Shown here one piece after another: positions 50,111 through 59,805 of a stretch of 64,000 nucleotides of DNA. Numbering within the stretch: the stretch's first letter is position 1; each line of letters starts with the position of its first letter. The stretch covers positions 357 through 64,356 of the forward strand of contig CAKTYZ010000017.1 of assembly GCA_934635225.1 (NCBI GenBank). Direction: 5' to 3'. The notes under the pieces are model-generated. The model had not been told where the DNA came from. It saw nothing but the letters and a program-made list of their open reading frames with translations, and ran no database searches. Origin of the DNA: an uncultured Kiritimatiellota bacterium. GTDB lineage: Bacteria; Verrucomicrobiota; Kiritimatiellia; RFP12; UBA1067. A program made the position numbers and the translations under genes.

Positions 50111-51231
50111 TGCCCGCGCACGTCTCTTCGACGGACTTTTCTCAGGGAAGCGACATGGACAAGCTTACGGAAATCAGCTGGGAGGATTTCTCCCGTCTTT
50201 CATTGGACGCCAAGCGCCCGTATTTGGCGCGTGAGGAGGGAGACGGTCTCCCTTATCACACGCTGTTCGCCCAGCAGTTCGGCCGTTCGATTCTGGAGCG
50301 CCTCTGTGCGCTTGCGAACCGCATTCGCTTCATCAACAAGTCGAGGGAGGGTGCACTCTACCTGAAGAATGTCCTTGCGCACAAGCGTGCGATGCTCTAC
50401 TTTTCCCAGCCGAGTTCGCGCACGTTTCTCTCGCATTTGGCGGCATGTCAGCTTCTCGGCATCACGACGGGGAGCGTACGTGACGCGGCGACGTCGTCCG
50501 AGTTCAAAGGCGAGTCGAAAGAAGACTCGATTCGCACCTTCTCGTCCTATTTCGACATGATCATCATGCGCAGTCCCGAGCAGGGCCTTGCGGAAAAGAT
50601 GGCATGGGAGTTGTCGAATTCGGACCGCCCGATTCCGATTCTGAATGCGGGTTCGGGCAAGGACCAACATCCGACGCAGGCTTTGCTCGACATTTACACG
50701 CTGATGCGTTCCTTCGAGAACAACGGGGGCATTGACGGCAAGACCGTGACGTTCTGCGGCGACCTCATGCGTGGGCGCACGGTGCGTTCGCTCTCATATC
50801 TGCTGACGAACTTCAAGGACGTGAAACAGGTCTTTGTCGCCCCGCAGGAACTTCAGGTTCCGGCGGATGTCGTCATGATTCTGGCGAAGAAGGGCATTTC
50901 TTTCGAGGTCTGCGACAATCTTCGCGACGCGGTGAAGATTTCTGATGCGGTCTACATGACGCGCATTCAGGACGAGTGGGACTCGGCGAAGGGCGCGTCC
51001 GCGCGAATCGACACGTCGCGCTTCAAGTTCGGGGCGGAGGAGCTGAAACTCCTGAAGCCGACGGGCGCGATTCTGCATCCGCTGCCGCGCCGCGACGAGA
51101 TTGCGACCTGCTGTGATCGCGATCCGCGCGCGATGTACTGGCGACAGATGCGCAACGGCATGTGGATTCGCGCCGCGCTGATCGCTGCGACCTTTGGCTT
51201 CGAGCGGACGATTCTGGACTGCGGCTACTGA
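50107..51231 (+). CDS. Aspartate carbamoyltransferase catalytic-chain family protein (PyrB-like) with an N-terminal extension and a variant carbamoyl-phosphate loop
   Basis: The motifs HPTQAL, GDL..GRTV.S and LHPLPR.DEI match PyrB, but the STRTR loop reads SSRTF. Confidence 0.6.
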   Translation: MMPAHVSSTDFSQGSDMDKLTEISWEDFSRLSLDAKRPYLAREEGDGLPYHTLFAQQFGRSILERLCALANRIRFINKSREGALYLKNVLAHKRAMLYFSQPSSRTFLSHLAACQLLGITTGSVRDAATSSEFKGESKEDSIRTFSSYFDMIIMRSPEQGLAEKMAWELSNSDRPIPILNAGSGKDQHPTQALLDIYTLMRSFENNGGIDGKTVTFCGDLMRGRTVRSLSYLLTNFKDVKQVFVAPQELQVPADVVMILAKKGISFEVCDNLRDAVKISDAVYMTRIQDEWDSAKGASARIDTSRFKFGAEELKLLKPTGAILHPLPRRDEIATCCDRDPRAMYWRQMRNGMWIRAALIAATFGFERTILDCGY

Positions 51232-51260
51232 CGACTTGTGCTTTTGGTATAATGTGTGCC

Positions 51261-52604
51261 ATGAATGTTGTCAGCCTTGTCGGACGCCCGAATACGGGCA
51301 AGAGTGCGCTTTTCAATCGCATTGCGAAGAAGCGCGTCGCGATTGTCTTTGACCAGCCGGGCGTCACGCGCGACCGGGTGACGCGCGAGGTCGAGGTCCT
51401 TGGTCGCCGCCTGATGCTTGTCGATACGGGCGGCATCGCCTTCGACAATCGCGTAACGCACGACCCGCTGGACAACGAAACGCGGAGCCAGGCCGCGCTG
51501 GCAGTCGAGGATTCGGCCGTCTGCGTCATTGTCGTTGACGCGCGGACCGGTCTCACGCCGCTGGATCAGGAGGTCATCGAACGCGTCCGCAAGTCGGGCG
51601 TGCCGTGTCTCATCGCGGCGAACAAGTGCGACACGCCTGCGGACGACATTCGCGCGATGGAGTTCGAGCGGTTCGGGATCCCGGTCTATCCGACGTCGGC
51701 TGAACACGGGCGTGGCGTCGAGGAGCTTGTGCAGACGTTTGTCTCGAAGTTGCCGCCAGCTGTCGAAGACGAGACGGCGGTGCGTCCGTTGCGCGTTGCG
51801 GTCGTCGGTCGGCCGAACGCCGGCAAGTCGAGCTACATCAACCGGCTTCTCAACGCGCCGCGTGTCATCGTCTCGGAGATTGCGGGCACGACGCGTGACG
51901 CGGTTGAAGTGCCGTTTGCGATTGGCTCGGGCCCTGAGGCGCGGCACTATATGCTGGTTGACACGGCGGGCATGAAGCCTCATACGAAGATGTCCAAGAC
52001 TTCGGTTGACAATTTCTCGCTGTTCCGCTCGGAACAGGCGATTGAAGAGGCCGATGTCGTCATTCTCCTGCTGGACCCCGTGATGGGGCCGACGCTTCAG
52101 GACAAGCGCATCGCCGGCAAGATCCTAGACGCGCATCGCGCGTGCGTCCTTATGCTGAACAAGTGGGATCTCGCGAACGAGGCGGGCATCACGGAGGAAA
52201 AGAAAGCGGCGGCGGCCGTTCGTCAGATGATGCCGTTCCTCTCGTTTGCGCCGATCGTGTTTTGCTCGAACAAGTCGGGCTACAACATCCGCCGCACGGT
52301 TGATGCGATTGACAAGGCTGCCGCGAGCGCGTCCGAGCGTCTGCCGACGGGGATGCTGAACCGCGTCATCGAGACGGCGACGAAGAAGACGCTCGCGCCG
52401 ATGATTCGCGGCAAGCGGCTCAAGGTCTACTATGGGCTGCAAGTCGCGACGAATCCGCAGACGATTCGCCTTTTCGTGAATGACCCGAAGCTCGTCACGC
52501 CCGCCTATCTCGCCTTTATCGAGAAGAACATCCGCGCACGCTTCGGGCTGGAGGGCGCACCCCTGCGCATCTTCCTCAAGGCGCGCAGTCGGAGGGAATC
52601 GTAG
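51261..52604 (+). CDS. der: Ribosome-biogenesis GTPase Der (EngA)
   Basis: It has two GTPase domains (GRPNTGKS and GRPNAGKS) and a KH-like C-terminus. The start was chosen at MNVVSLV, directly after TGGTATAAT. Confidence 0.85.
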   Translation: MNVVSLVGRPNTGKSALFNRIAKKRVAIVFDQPGVTRDRVTREVEVLGRRLMLVDTGGIAFDNRVTHDPLDNETRSQAALAVEDSAVCVIVVDARTGLTPLDQEVIERVRKSGVPCLIAANKCDTPADDIRAMEFERFGIPVYPTSAEHGRGVEELVQTFVSKLPPAVEDETAVRPLRVAVVGRPNAGKSSYINRLLNAPRVIVSEIAGTTRDAVEVPFAIGSGPEARHYMLVDTAGMKPHTKMSKTSVDNFSLFRSEQAIEEADVVILLLDPVMGPTLQDKRIAGKILDAHRACVLMLNKWDLANEAGITEEKKAAAAVRQMMPFLSFAPIVFCSNKSGYNIRRTVDAIDKAAASASERLPTGMLNRVIETATKKTLAPMIRGKRLKVYYGLQVATNPQTIRLFVNDPKLVTPAYLAFIEKNIRARFGLEGAPLRIFLKARSRRES

Positions 52605-52728
52605 TAGCGGCGAGGCGGGCATGATGACGCCCTTGCGGACGAAGTCGTTCCCGACGCAAATCACGGACGTCTTTTCCGTCGAGAGGCAACTGAAGGCGCT
52701 TTGGTTCTCGACCGCCGCGTGACTTGCG

Positions 52729-53922
52729 TCAGCAGTCCGCGTTGAGTGCGTCGGTGCGCCAGTCGCGCATCGTCTTGCCGTAACGCTTGCGGAAGCGCCG
52801 CGTGAGGCTCGAGAGGTCGCGAAAGCCACAGCTGGCGGCGATGCGGGCGATTGGTTCGTCCGTTTCCTCCAGCCGGCGGACGAGTTCCTCGAAGCGGCGG
52901 TCGTCGAGGGCCTCTGCCGCAGTCCGCCGTTCAAACTGGCTGAATCGCAGTTCGAGCAGACGGCGCGAGACGCCCAGTTCATGGGCGAGTTCGTTCACGC
53001 CGAGCCCTCTCGTCGCCTGGCGGTCGATCAAGGCGAGAGCGCGGCGAATTAGCTGCGCGGCGGGTGCAATGGGCGCTGTCGATTCGCGGGGGACGAGCGC
53101 ATGGTGCGTCCAGGGCAGAATGCAGGCGCCCCGTGGCCGTCCGTTCATCATCTTCTCCAGTTCGCGTGCGACGATCTCGCCTTGGCGTTCGGTCACGAAT
53201 CGGATGCTGGACAGGCGCGGTGTGGCGTGCGAGCAGAAGATTTCATCGTCGTCTGCTCCGAGCACGGCGGCTTGATGCGGCACGTCGATCTTTGTGGTGC
53301 GGCAGGCCGTGAGGACGCGCGTGGCGAGAAAGTCGTTCGCGGCGAAGAGCGCGAAGGGGCGCGGCAGCTTCAGGAGCCAGTCCTGAAGCGGCGTCTCGCT
53401 TTCTTCCCTCAGCAGACGGGCCGAGGGAAGAACCATGCAGTCGTGTCCGGCGGCAGCAAGCGCGGCTCGGTAACCCGTTTCGCGGCGCAACGACCAGCGC
53501 GTGTCGTCAGGAGAGGGAACGAAGACGAAGGCGCGAAAGTTCCCGACCGAGAGAAGATGACGCGCCGCAAGCCGGCCCAGCCCCTCGTCGTCGGCTCGCA
53601 CGAGCCGAAGTGCCGCGCCGTGCGGCAGTTCGGGCGGATACAGCGACTCCAGCGAGATGACGGGAATGCCCGAATCCGTTAGCGTCTGCCAGATGGCGCG
53701 GTCGAGGTCTTGGAAGACGATGAAGCCGTCTATGCCGTCTTCAAGCGCGGCGGCGATCGTAGCGGATGAGAAGCGGTCTCCAGTCTCGATGAGCTTGATG
53801 CGCCAGTCGCGTTCCCGCCGCAAAAAGCGCAAGATGCCTTCAAGGCGGATGCGCCCGACGGCGGTGCTCATCTGCACGGCGATGACGACGTTGCGTGCGC
53901 GTGGCTGATTTTGCTGTTTCAT
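52729..53922 (-). CDS. XylR-like regulator: a periplasmic-binding-protein-type sugar sensor with an AraC-family helix-turn-helix
   Basis: The C-terminus has an AraC HTH (IARIAASCGFRDLSSLTRRFRKRYG). The upstream domain has a LacI/PBP-type fold. Confidence 0.7.
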   Translation of the reverse strand: MKQQNQPRARNVVIAVQMSTAVGRIRLEGILRFLRRERDWRIKLIETGDRFSSATIAAALEDGIDGFIVFQDLDRAIWQTLTDSGIPVISLESLYPPELPHGAALRLVRADDEGLGRLAARHLLSVGNFRAFVFVPSPDDTRWSLRRETGYRAALAAAGHDCMVLPSARLLREESETPLQDWLLKLPRPFALFAANDFLATRVLTACRTTKIDVPHQAAVLGADDDEIFCSHATPRLSSIRFVTERQGEIVARELEKMMNGRPRGACILPWTHHALVPRESTAPIAPAAQLIRRALALIDRQATRGLGVNELAHELGVSRRLLELRFSQFERRTAAEALDDRRFEELVRRLEETDEPIARIAASCGFRDLSSLTRRFRKRYGKTMRDWRTDALNADC

Positions 53923-54094
53923 GAGTCTGAATGCGAGGGCTTGCCGCACATTATAGCACATTCGAATCTTGCTTTGCGCAAAAAGCAGTTTTTCTCTTGC
54001 GCACAAAGATTCCCGAAAGATGGTATCATACACGGCGTTTCGACAGGCGAGGTCTTCGCCGGGCGCTGAAATCAAGAAACAAGGAGAACGAACG
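53923..54094. promoter_or_regulatory. Divergent intergenic control region between the regulator and the GH10 gene, carrying repeated TTGCGCA half-sites
   Basis: The sequence ...cttgctTTGCGCAaaaagcagtttttctcTTGCGCAcaaag... is present. On the - strand, TGCTATAAT lies upstream of the regulator gene. Confidence 0.4.
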
Positions 54095-55705
54095 ATGAGT
54101 GATCAAATGCGGCTTGCCGTGCTTGCGGCTTGGGCTTTTGCGGTTCCTGCTGTACGCGGCATGGAGCGGTCGGTGATGTCTGACGCCTATTGGGCGGTTT
54201 GGAACGACGCCGAACAGGCGCGGATTGACGCTGACATCGAGCGGAATCGCAAGGCGGACGCTTCGGTGCGGATTGACGCGCCGTCGGGTACGGTCGTGAA
54301 GGTCCGGCAGCTGACGCATGACTTCCGCTTCGGTGCGCACATCTTCAATTTCGACCAACTTGGCAAGTCCGCGTACAATGCGGCGTACAAGGCGAGTTAT
54401 GGCGAAGGCGGGCTCTTCAATCAGGCGACCGTGTCTTTCTACTGGATCGACCACGAGCCGTCGCCAGGCGCGTTCCGCTTTGACGGCGATTATCGGGACA
54501 CGGAACGCTACTGGAACGGTCTGACGCGGGAAGAGGCGATGGCAGACCGGTTCTGGCGACGTCCCGCGCCGAGTCCGGTCATTGGCTTCCTCAAGGCGAA
54601 AGACATTGCGATTCACGGGCACATTCTCATTTGGGGCAACGCGAAGCCGTATTGGATTTACGACTGGTATTGCCCCGAGGGCGAGAAGCGCCTGTTTGAC
54701 GAAATCGGCATACCGCGTCATTCGTCGTCCTACGGTTGGGAGCCGTGCGGGCAGAATTGGCATCGGGGCTACATGGGCAAGTGGGCGCGCGCATGGAGGA
54801 TGCGCTACAAGGGGCTCGAGGAACGTGCGCTTGAACGCGCCGCACCTGTCTTTGCGCAGAACATGAGACGGATCTTCCGCAAACGCGTTGCGGATGTTGC
54901 CGAGCGCTATGGTGCCGTCGTGGACAGTTGGGATGTCGTCAACGAGAGCGCAGACGACTGGGTGCGTTACCGCAAGTCGCGGACGGGCCTTGGCTACTGG
55001 TTCAGCGGCTACGGGCTGATGCCGGGGGACTATCCGCTCCATGCATTGCTGGATGCGAAGGAGACGATGCCGGAAACGGCGAAGCTCGCCATCAACGATT
55101 ACAACATCTCGAAAGACTTTCTCTCGCAGGTTCGCGATCTGGAGAAGGAAGGCGCGCGAATCGATTTCGTCGGCTGTCAGATGCACATCTTCAGCACGAA
55201 CGATTCGATGCGCCTGTCGCGCGGCGCAACGGACGTGAATTGGGTTGGCTCGCCGGAGACCATTCGCCAACGGCTCGACATGATGGCGAAGACGGGCCGT
55301 CCGCTTCACGTCTCCGAGGTGACGATCGCCGCGCCGGGCGTGGATGACGTCTCGCGGCAGATTCAGGCGATCCTGACGCGCAACATCTACCGCGCGTGGT
55401 TCTCGCATCCGAAGACGATGGGCATCACGTGGTGGAATACGGTGGACGGCGCAGGTGTCGCGGGAGAACCGCTCGTCTCGGGCCTGTTCACGTGCGAGAT
55501 GGAGAAGAAGCCCGTCTATGACGCGCTCGACGAACTCATCAACCGCGAATGGCGGACGAATCTTGACGTCATGGCGGATGGGGGCGGAAAGGTTGCCTTC
55601 CGGGGCTTCAAGGGACGTTATCGCCTCTCGTGGCAGGGGGCGGACGGCAAGTTCGTCTCGAAGCTGATTGAGGTCAAAGAGGACGGAAAACATGAAAGAG
55701 ATTGA
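54095..55705 (+). CDS. Secreted GH10-family endo-beta-1,4-xylanase-like protein
   Basis: A signal peptide is followed by the motifs HGHILIWG and WDVVNE (acid/base) and VSEVTI (nucleophile). An AAGGAG Shine-Dalgarno sequence precedes the start. Confidence 0.6.
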   Translation: MSDQMRLAVLAAWAFAVPAVRGMERSVMSDAYWAVWNDAEQARIDADIERNRKADASVRIDAPSGTVVKVRQLTHDFRFGAHIFNFDQLGKSAYNAAYKASYGEGGLFNQATVSFYWIDHEPSPGAFRFDGDYRDTERYWNGLTREEAMADRFWRRPAPSPVIGFLKAKDIAIHGHILIWGNAKPYWIYDWYCPEGEKRLFDEIGIPRHSSSYGWEPCGQNWHRGYMGKWARAWRMRYKGLEERALERAAPVFAQNMRRIFRKRVADVAERYGAVVDSWDVVNESADDWVRYRKSRTGLGYWFSGYGLMPGDYPLHALLDAKETMPETAKLAINDYNISKDFLSQVRDLEKEGARIDFVGCQMHIFSTNDSMRLSRGATDVNWVGSPETIRQRLDMMAKTGRPLHVSEVTIAAPGVDDVSRQIQAILTRNIYRAWFSHPKTMGITWWNTVDGAGVAGEPLVSGLFTCEMEKKPVYDALDELINREWRTNLDVMADGGGKVAFRGFKGRYRLSWQGADGKFVSKLIEVKEDGKHERD

Positions 55706-56462
55706 TTTCACGGGCAAGGTCGCCGTCGTCACGGGTGCGGCGTCCGGCATGGGGCTGATGACTTCGCAGGAACTGGCGAAGCGCGGCGCGGCGGTCGTGA
55801 TGTGCGACGTGAACGCGGAGTCCCTGACCCACGCCGTGTCGGAAATTGTCGCGTCAGGCGGACGTGCGGTGGCGAGCCCCGGCGATGTGCGCAAGTTCGC
55901 GTCTGCCGAGAAAGCGGCGGCCGAAGCGGCGAAGCGCGGCGGCTGCGACATTCTCGTCACCTGCGCGGGCGGCAATGAGGCGCGGTGCTGCGCGAGCCGC
56001 GTGCCGTTCTATGAACAGCCGGTCGAGGTGTTGGACTGGGGGATTGACGTCAATCTCAAAGGGCCGATTTATTTCGCCCGAGCGTGCATGCCGCAGATGG
56101 TTGCGAAGGGAAAGGGCGTCATCGTCTGCCTCGGCTCGGTCACGGGCTTTGAGGGCGATGGCGTCGGCGCGATGTACGGCACGGCGAAGAGCGGGCTTTT
56201 CAACTTCGTGAAAGGGCTTGCTCTTGCGGGTGGCCCGCACAACGTGCGCGCCGTCTGCGTGACGCCAGGCCCGGTGCTGACGCGCACGGCGATGAGCGGC
56301 ATGCCGACGGCGCTCGGTCGCGCAGGCGAGACGGGCGAACTTGTAGATGTCATCCTTTTCATGTGCTCGGACAACGCTTCGTTCATCACGGGGTCGAATC
56401 ATGTCGTGGACGGCGGTCGCCTTTGCATGTACCAGCCCTATGTCGCGCCGGAGGCGAAATGA
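55692..56462 (+). CDS. Short-chain dehydrogenase/reductase
   Basis: The cofactor-binding motif TGAASGMG is followed by a later YGTAK motif. Confidence 0.75.
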   Translation: MKEIDFTGKVAVVTGAASGMGLMTSQELAKRGAAVVMCDVNAESLTHAVSEIVASGGRAVASPGDVRKFASAEKAAAEAAKRGGCDILVTCAGGNEARCCASRVPFYEQPVEVLDWGIDVNLKGPIYFARACMPQMVAKGKGVIVCLGSVTGFEGDGVGAMYGTAKSGLFNFVKGLALAGGPHNVRAVCVTPGPVLTRTAMSGMPTALGRAGETGELVDVILFMCSDNASFITGSNHVVDGGRLCMYQPYVAPEAK

Positions 56463-57541
56463 GACGAGGACTGATTGCGGGCGCGGCGTTTCTTCTGGCA
56501 TTCGGAGCCGCGTGTGCGGCCGTTCCGTCGGACGACCGCCTGAAGGGGCCGTTTCTCATCGCTTCCACGCCTTACCTGACGGATGGCGCCGTGGATTATG
56601 ACGCGCTGGTGGCTGAGGCGCGCTACATGGACGCGTCGGGTTGCGCGGGTGTCATCTGGCCGCAGTCGAACGACTCGATTGACCTGCTGACGCGCGAGGA
56701 GAAGTTTGCGGGCTTGCGTCGTCTCGTGGCCGCCGCCGAGACCTTCACGAACGCCGTGCTGACGCTGGGCGTCAGTGGCACGAATACGGCGGAGACGCTC
56801 GCCTTTGCCGCATTCGCCGAGTCCCTTGCCGCAGATAGCCCCGCGCCGATTGCGCTCGCGGTGCGTCCGCCGACCGAGGCGCGTTCGATGGAGGCGGTTC
56901 GGGATTGTCTGGAGGCGCTTGGGCGCATCGCGAAGCGTCCTGTCATCGTCCAGACCTTTGTCTCGGATGACTGTCCCGCGCCGTCCGTAGATTACCTCGT
57001 CGATCTTGCGCGGCGGTTCCCCGGCGTGTATGGCTACATTAAGGAGGAAAGCGAAGGCAATCGCGCGAATGCGCGGCAGGCGGCCGAATGCGCGGCGAGA
57101 CCGATCGTGAAGACGGTCTTCAGCGCGTGGGGCGGCTGGCAGTGGCTTTATCAGCACCGCGCCCTTGGAACGGAAGGACTCGTCTCGGAGCGTCCCGCCT
57201 ATGCGCCGCTCGTCGTGCGCATTTGGCGGACCATGCGGGCGGGCGATCCTGACGGACGGCTTCAGGAGGAATATGCGATGTATCGCTACCTGATCGACCA
57301 GCGCGCGATTCCCGGCGGCAGTCTGCGCGGCTATTCGCTCTACTACCTCAAGCGGCTGGGCCTTTTCAAGACGACGCTCTCGCGTACGTACCTCTCTTCG
57401 CGCACGACGGAATCGGGCACCTTCGGCGTGGGTCACGACTGGAAGCTGGTCGATCTCAACCTCACCGATGCGCAGCGCGCGGAACTGGATGCGAACTTCG
57501 AGGGGATGAGGCGGTTCTTGGCGCGGAAAGCGAAACGGTGA
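56459..57541 (+). CDS. DapA/NAL-family (DHDPS-like) lyase with an N-terminal signal peptide
   Basis: The signal peptide MRRGLIAGAAFLLAFGAACAA is followed by VDYDALVAEARYMDASGCAGV, which is typical of the DHDPS family. Confidence 0.55.
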   Translation: MRRGLIAGAAFLLAFGAACAAVPSDDRLKGPFLIASTPYLTDGAVDYDALVAEARYMDASGCAGVIWPQSNDSIDLLTREEKFAGLRRLVAAAETFTNAVLTLGVSGTNTAETLAFAAFAESLAADSPAPIALAVRPPTEARSMEAVRDCLEALGRIAKRPVIVQTFVSDDCPAPSVDYLVDLARRFPGVYGYIKEESEGNRANARQAAECAARPIVKTVFSAWGGWQWLYQHRALGTEGLVSERPAYAPLVVRIWRTMRAGDPDGRLQEEYAMYRYLIDQRAIPGGSLRGYSLYYLKRLGLFKTTLSRTYLSSRTTESGTFGVGHDWKLVDLNLTDAQRAELDANFEGMRRFLARKAKR

Positions 57542-58790
57542 AGGCGCGGATCGACTACAAGTGGAGGCTTCTGTCGCTCCTTTCGGCGACTTACTTCCTC
57601 GCGCAGGGCACGCGGCAGATCTACAACGCCGTCCTGCCGCAGATCAAGTCTGACTTCGCCGCGTCCGGGTTGGATGATCTTCAGCTCGGCCTCGTCGGCA
57701 GTGCGTTTACGCTCGTGTTCGGTCTGGTGATTCCGTTTGCGGGGACCTGCGCAGACTTCCTCCGCCGCAAATGGATCGTCGTCTTCGGCACGCTTCTGTT
57801 CTCGGTTGGCATCTTCACTTCAGGCCTTGCATCGGGACTCGGTCTGCTCATCGTGTCGTATGGCGTTCTCAATGCGGCGGGCCAGTCGATGCTTCCGCCG
57901 TCCATCTCGTCCCTGATCGGACAGTTCCATGTCGGGACGCGGGCGACGGCGTTCTCAATCTACCAGATGGTCTTCTATGTGGGAATTGTCGTGTGCAGCG
58001 CGGTGTCGGGCTGGCTTTCGGGTGTCTGGGCACGGGCGGCTGGCGCTGGGCGTTCGGACTCTTCGGCGCGTTCGGCATCCTTTGGCCGTTTGCGCTCGCG
58101 TTCCTCTTGCGGGACACGCCACAGCCGGTCGCGTCAACGCAAGAGGACAAGCCGTCCGTGCGCGAGGCCGTGTGCGCGTTCTTCGGGCACCCGGCGGCGA
58201 TTCTGCTGACGCTGGGGCTTGGTTTTTACGTCTACGCGACCTACGGCTTCAAGATGTGGTGTCCGATGTTCCTTCTGCGGACCTTCCCCGGCATGACGCC
58301 GTCGGGCGCGGCGTTTCATGCCGTGTTCTGGTATTATCTTGGCGCGATGGCGGGCGTGATGCTCGCGGGGCGGCTGTCGGACCGTCTGTTGCCGCGCCGT
58401 CCGTGCGTCCGTCTGGAGGCGAATGTCACGGGTCTCCTGCTGATGATCCCGTTTGTCCTTTTGACGGCGTTCGCGCCGGGCGGCGCCATGGCGTGTCTGG
58501 CGATCTTCGGCTTTGGCTTTGCGACCGGCGTTTACGACTCGAACCTCTACGCGGCGCTGCTGGATGTCGTGAACCCGCGCTATCGGGCGGCGGCCGTCGG
58601 CATCTTCGGCTGCGGCGGAAATGTCCTTGGTGCGCTTGGGCCGGGAATGCTCGGTTGGCTGAACGGGCGTCTTGGCATGAGGGCTTCCCTTGCGTCGCTC
58701 GCGGCTTTCGCCCTCGTCGGCGCTCTCGTCATTTCCCTATCCGGACGCGTGGGTCGAGCGCGGCGTAGACAAGGTCCGTCGCGAGGTTGA
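57538..58790 (+). pseudogene. MFS transporter gene interrupted by a 1-nt frameshift near 58028-58040
   Basis: ORF 57538-58209 carries TM1-TM5, then runs into low-complexity nonsense (RSDSSARSASFGRLRS...). ORF 57771-58790 continues in another frame with GTGGWRWAFGLFGAFG...TM6-TM12. Confidence 0.5.
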
Positions 58791-59664
58791 CGAACTGGTA
58801 GAGAAGCGCGCCAAGCACGACGACCGTGCGCACGACCGCCATGTCCGCCGAATGGATGGCGTTGATGGCGACCGAGCCGAGTCCGGGGATGCCGAAGAAG
58901 CTCTCCAAGAGAAGCGAGCCCGTGAAGAGTCCGGGGATTGAGAGCGAGACGTAGGTGACGATCGGGATGAGCGCGTTGCGGAGGACATGGCGCGTCAAGA
59001 TGACGGGGTGCGAGAGACCTTTTGCCCGCGCGGTGAGGACATAGGGCTTGTAGAGTTCGTCGAGGAGGGCCGTGCGGAAGAACCGAACGTCCGTCCCCAG
59101 CGACGAGACGATGCCGATCAGGACGGGAAGGACGAGATAGAAGGCGCTTCGGTAGCCCCAGATGGGGAAGAGACCCGCCTTGTAGGAGAGGAAGAACTGT
59201 CCCGCCAGCACCCAGATGACGTAGTTCACGCTCATGAGGACGGTCGATCCGAGAAGGATGGCCTTGTCGATTGCCCGCCCGCGAAAGGCGGCTGCGCCGA
59301 GGGCGAGCGTGAGACCGACGAAGACGCTGCCGACGAGAATCGGCACGGTTAGCGAGAGGGATGGGCCGACACCGCGCTTGAGCACGTCGAGGACGGGCTC
59401 GTCGTTTTCGACCGAGTAGCCGAAGTCCCCTTTTGCGAGGTCTGTGAGGAAACGGACGAATTGGCTGTCTGCCGCGAAGACAAGGGGCTTGTCATAGCCG
59501 TATTGACGGTTGAACGCGGCGACGGATTCTGCCGTCGCGTTCTTGCCGAGGATAGCCTCTGCGGGCGAACCGCCAATGACATTGAAGAGGACGAACGTCA
59601 GAAGCAGGATTCCGATGGTGGTCGGAATCATCTCAAGAATGCGACGGATGACATACTTCAACAT
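58729..59664 (-). CDS. ABC transporter permease (DppB/OppB-type inner-membrane component)
   Basis: It has 6 transmembrane helices and the EAA-like motif (TARAKGLSHPVILTRHVLRNAL). On the - strand, TATAAT lies 8 nt upstream of the ATG. Confidence 0.75.
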   Translation of the reverse strand: MLKYVIRRILEMIPTTIGILLLTFVLFNVIGGSPAEAILGKNATAESVAAFNRQYGYDKPLVFAADSQFVRFLTDLAKGDFGYSVENDEPVLDVLKRGVGPSLSLTVPILVGSVFVGLTLALGAAAFRGRAIDKAILLGSTVLMSVNYVIWVLAGQFFLSYKAGLFPIWGYRSAFYLVLPVLIGIVSSLGTDVRFFRTALLDELYKPYVLTARAKGLSHPVILTRHVLRNALIPIVTYVSLSIPGLFTGSLLLESFFGIPGLGSVAINAIHSADMAVVRTVVVLGALLYQFVNLATDLVYAALDPRVRIGK

Positions 59665-59805
59665 AAAGCGACATTATACGCTATTTCGCCCTCGTCGGTC
59701 AAACCGGGACAGGGGGCGGACCCTGAGGGGCGCACGGTCCGCCATCGCTTGATTCTGCGCCCGTGCGTTTGGTATAATTCTCAAAATAAAAGGAGAAATC
59801 AGACA

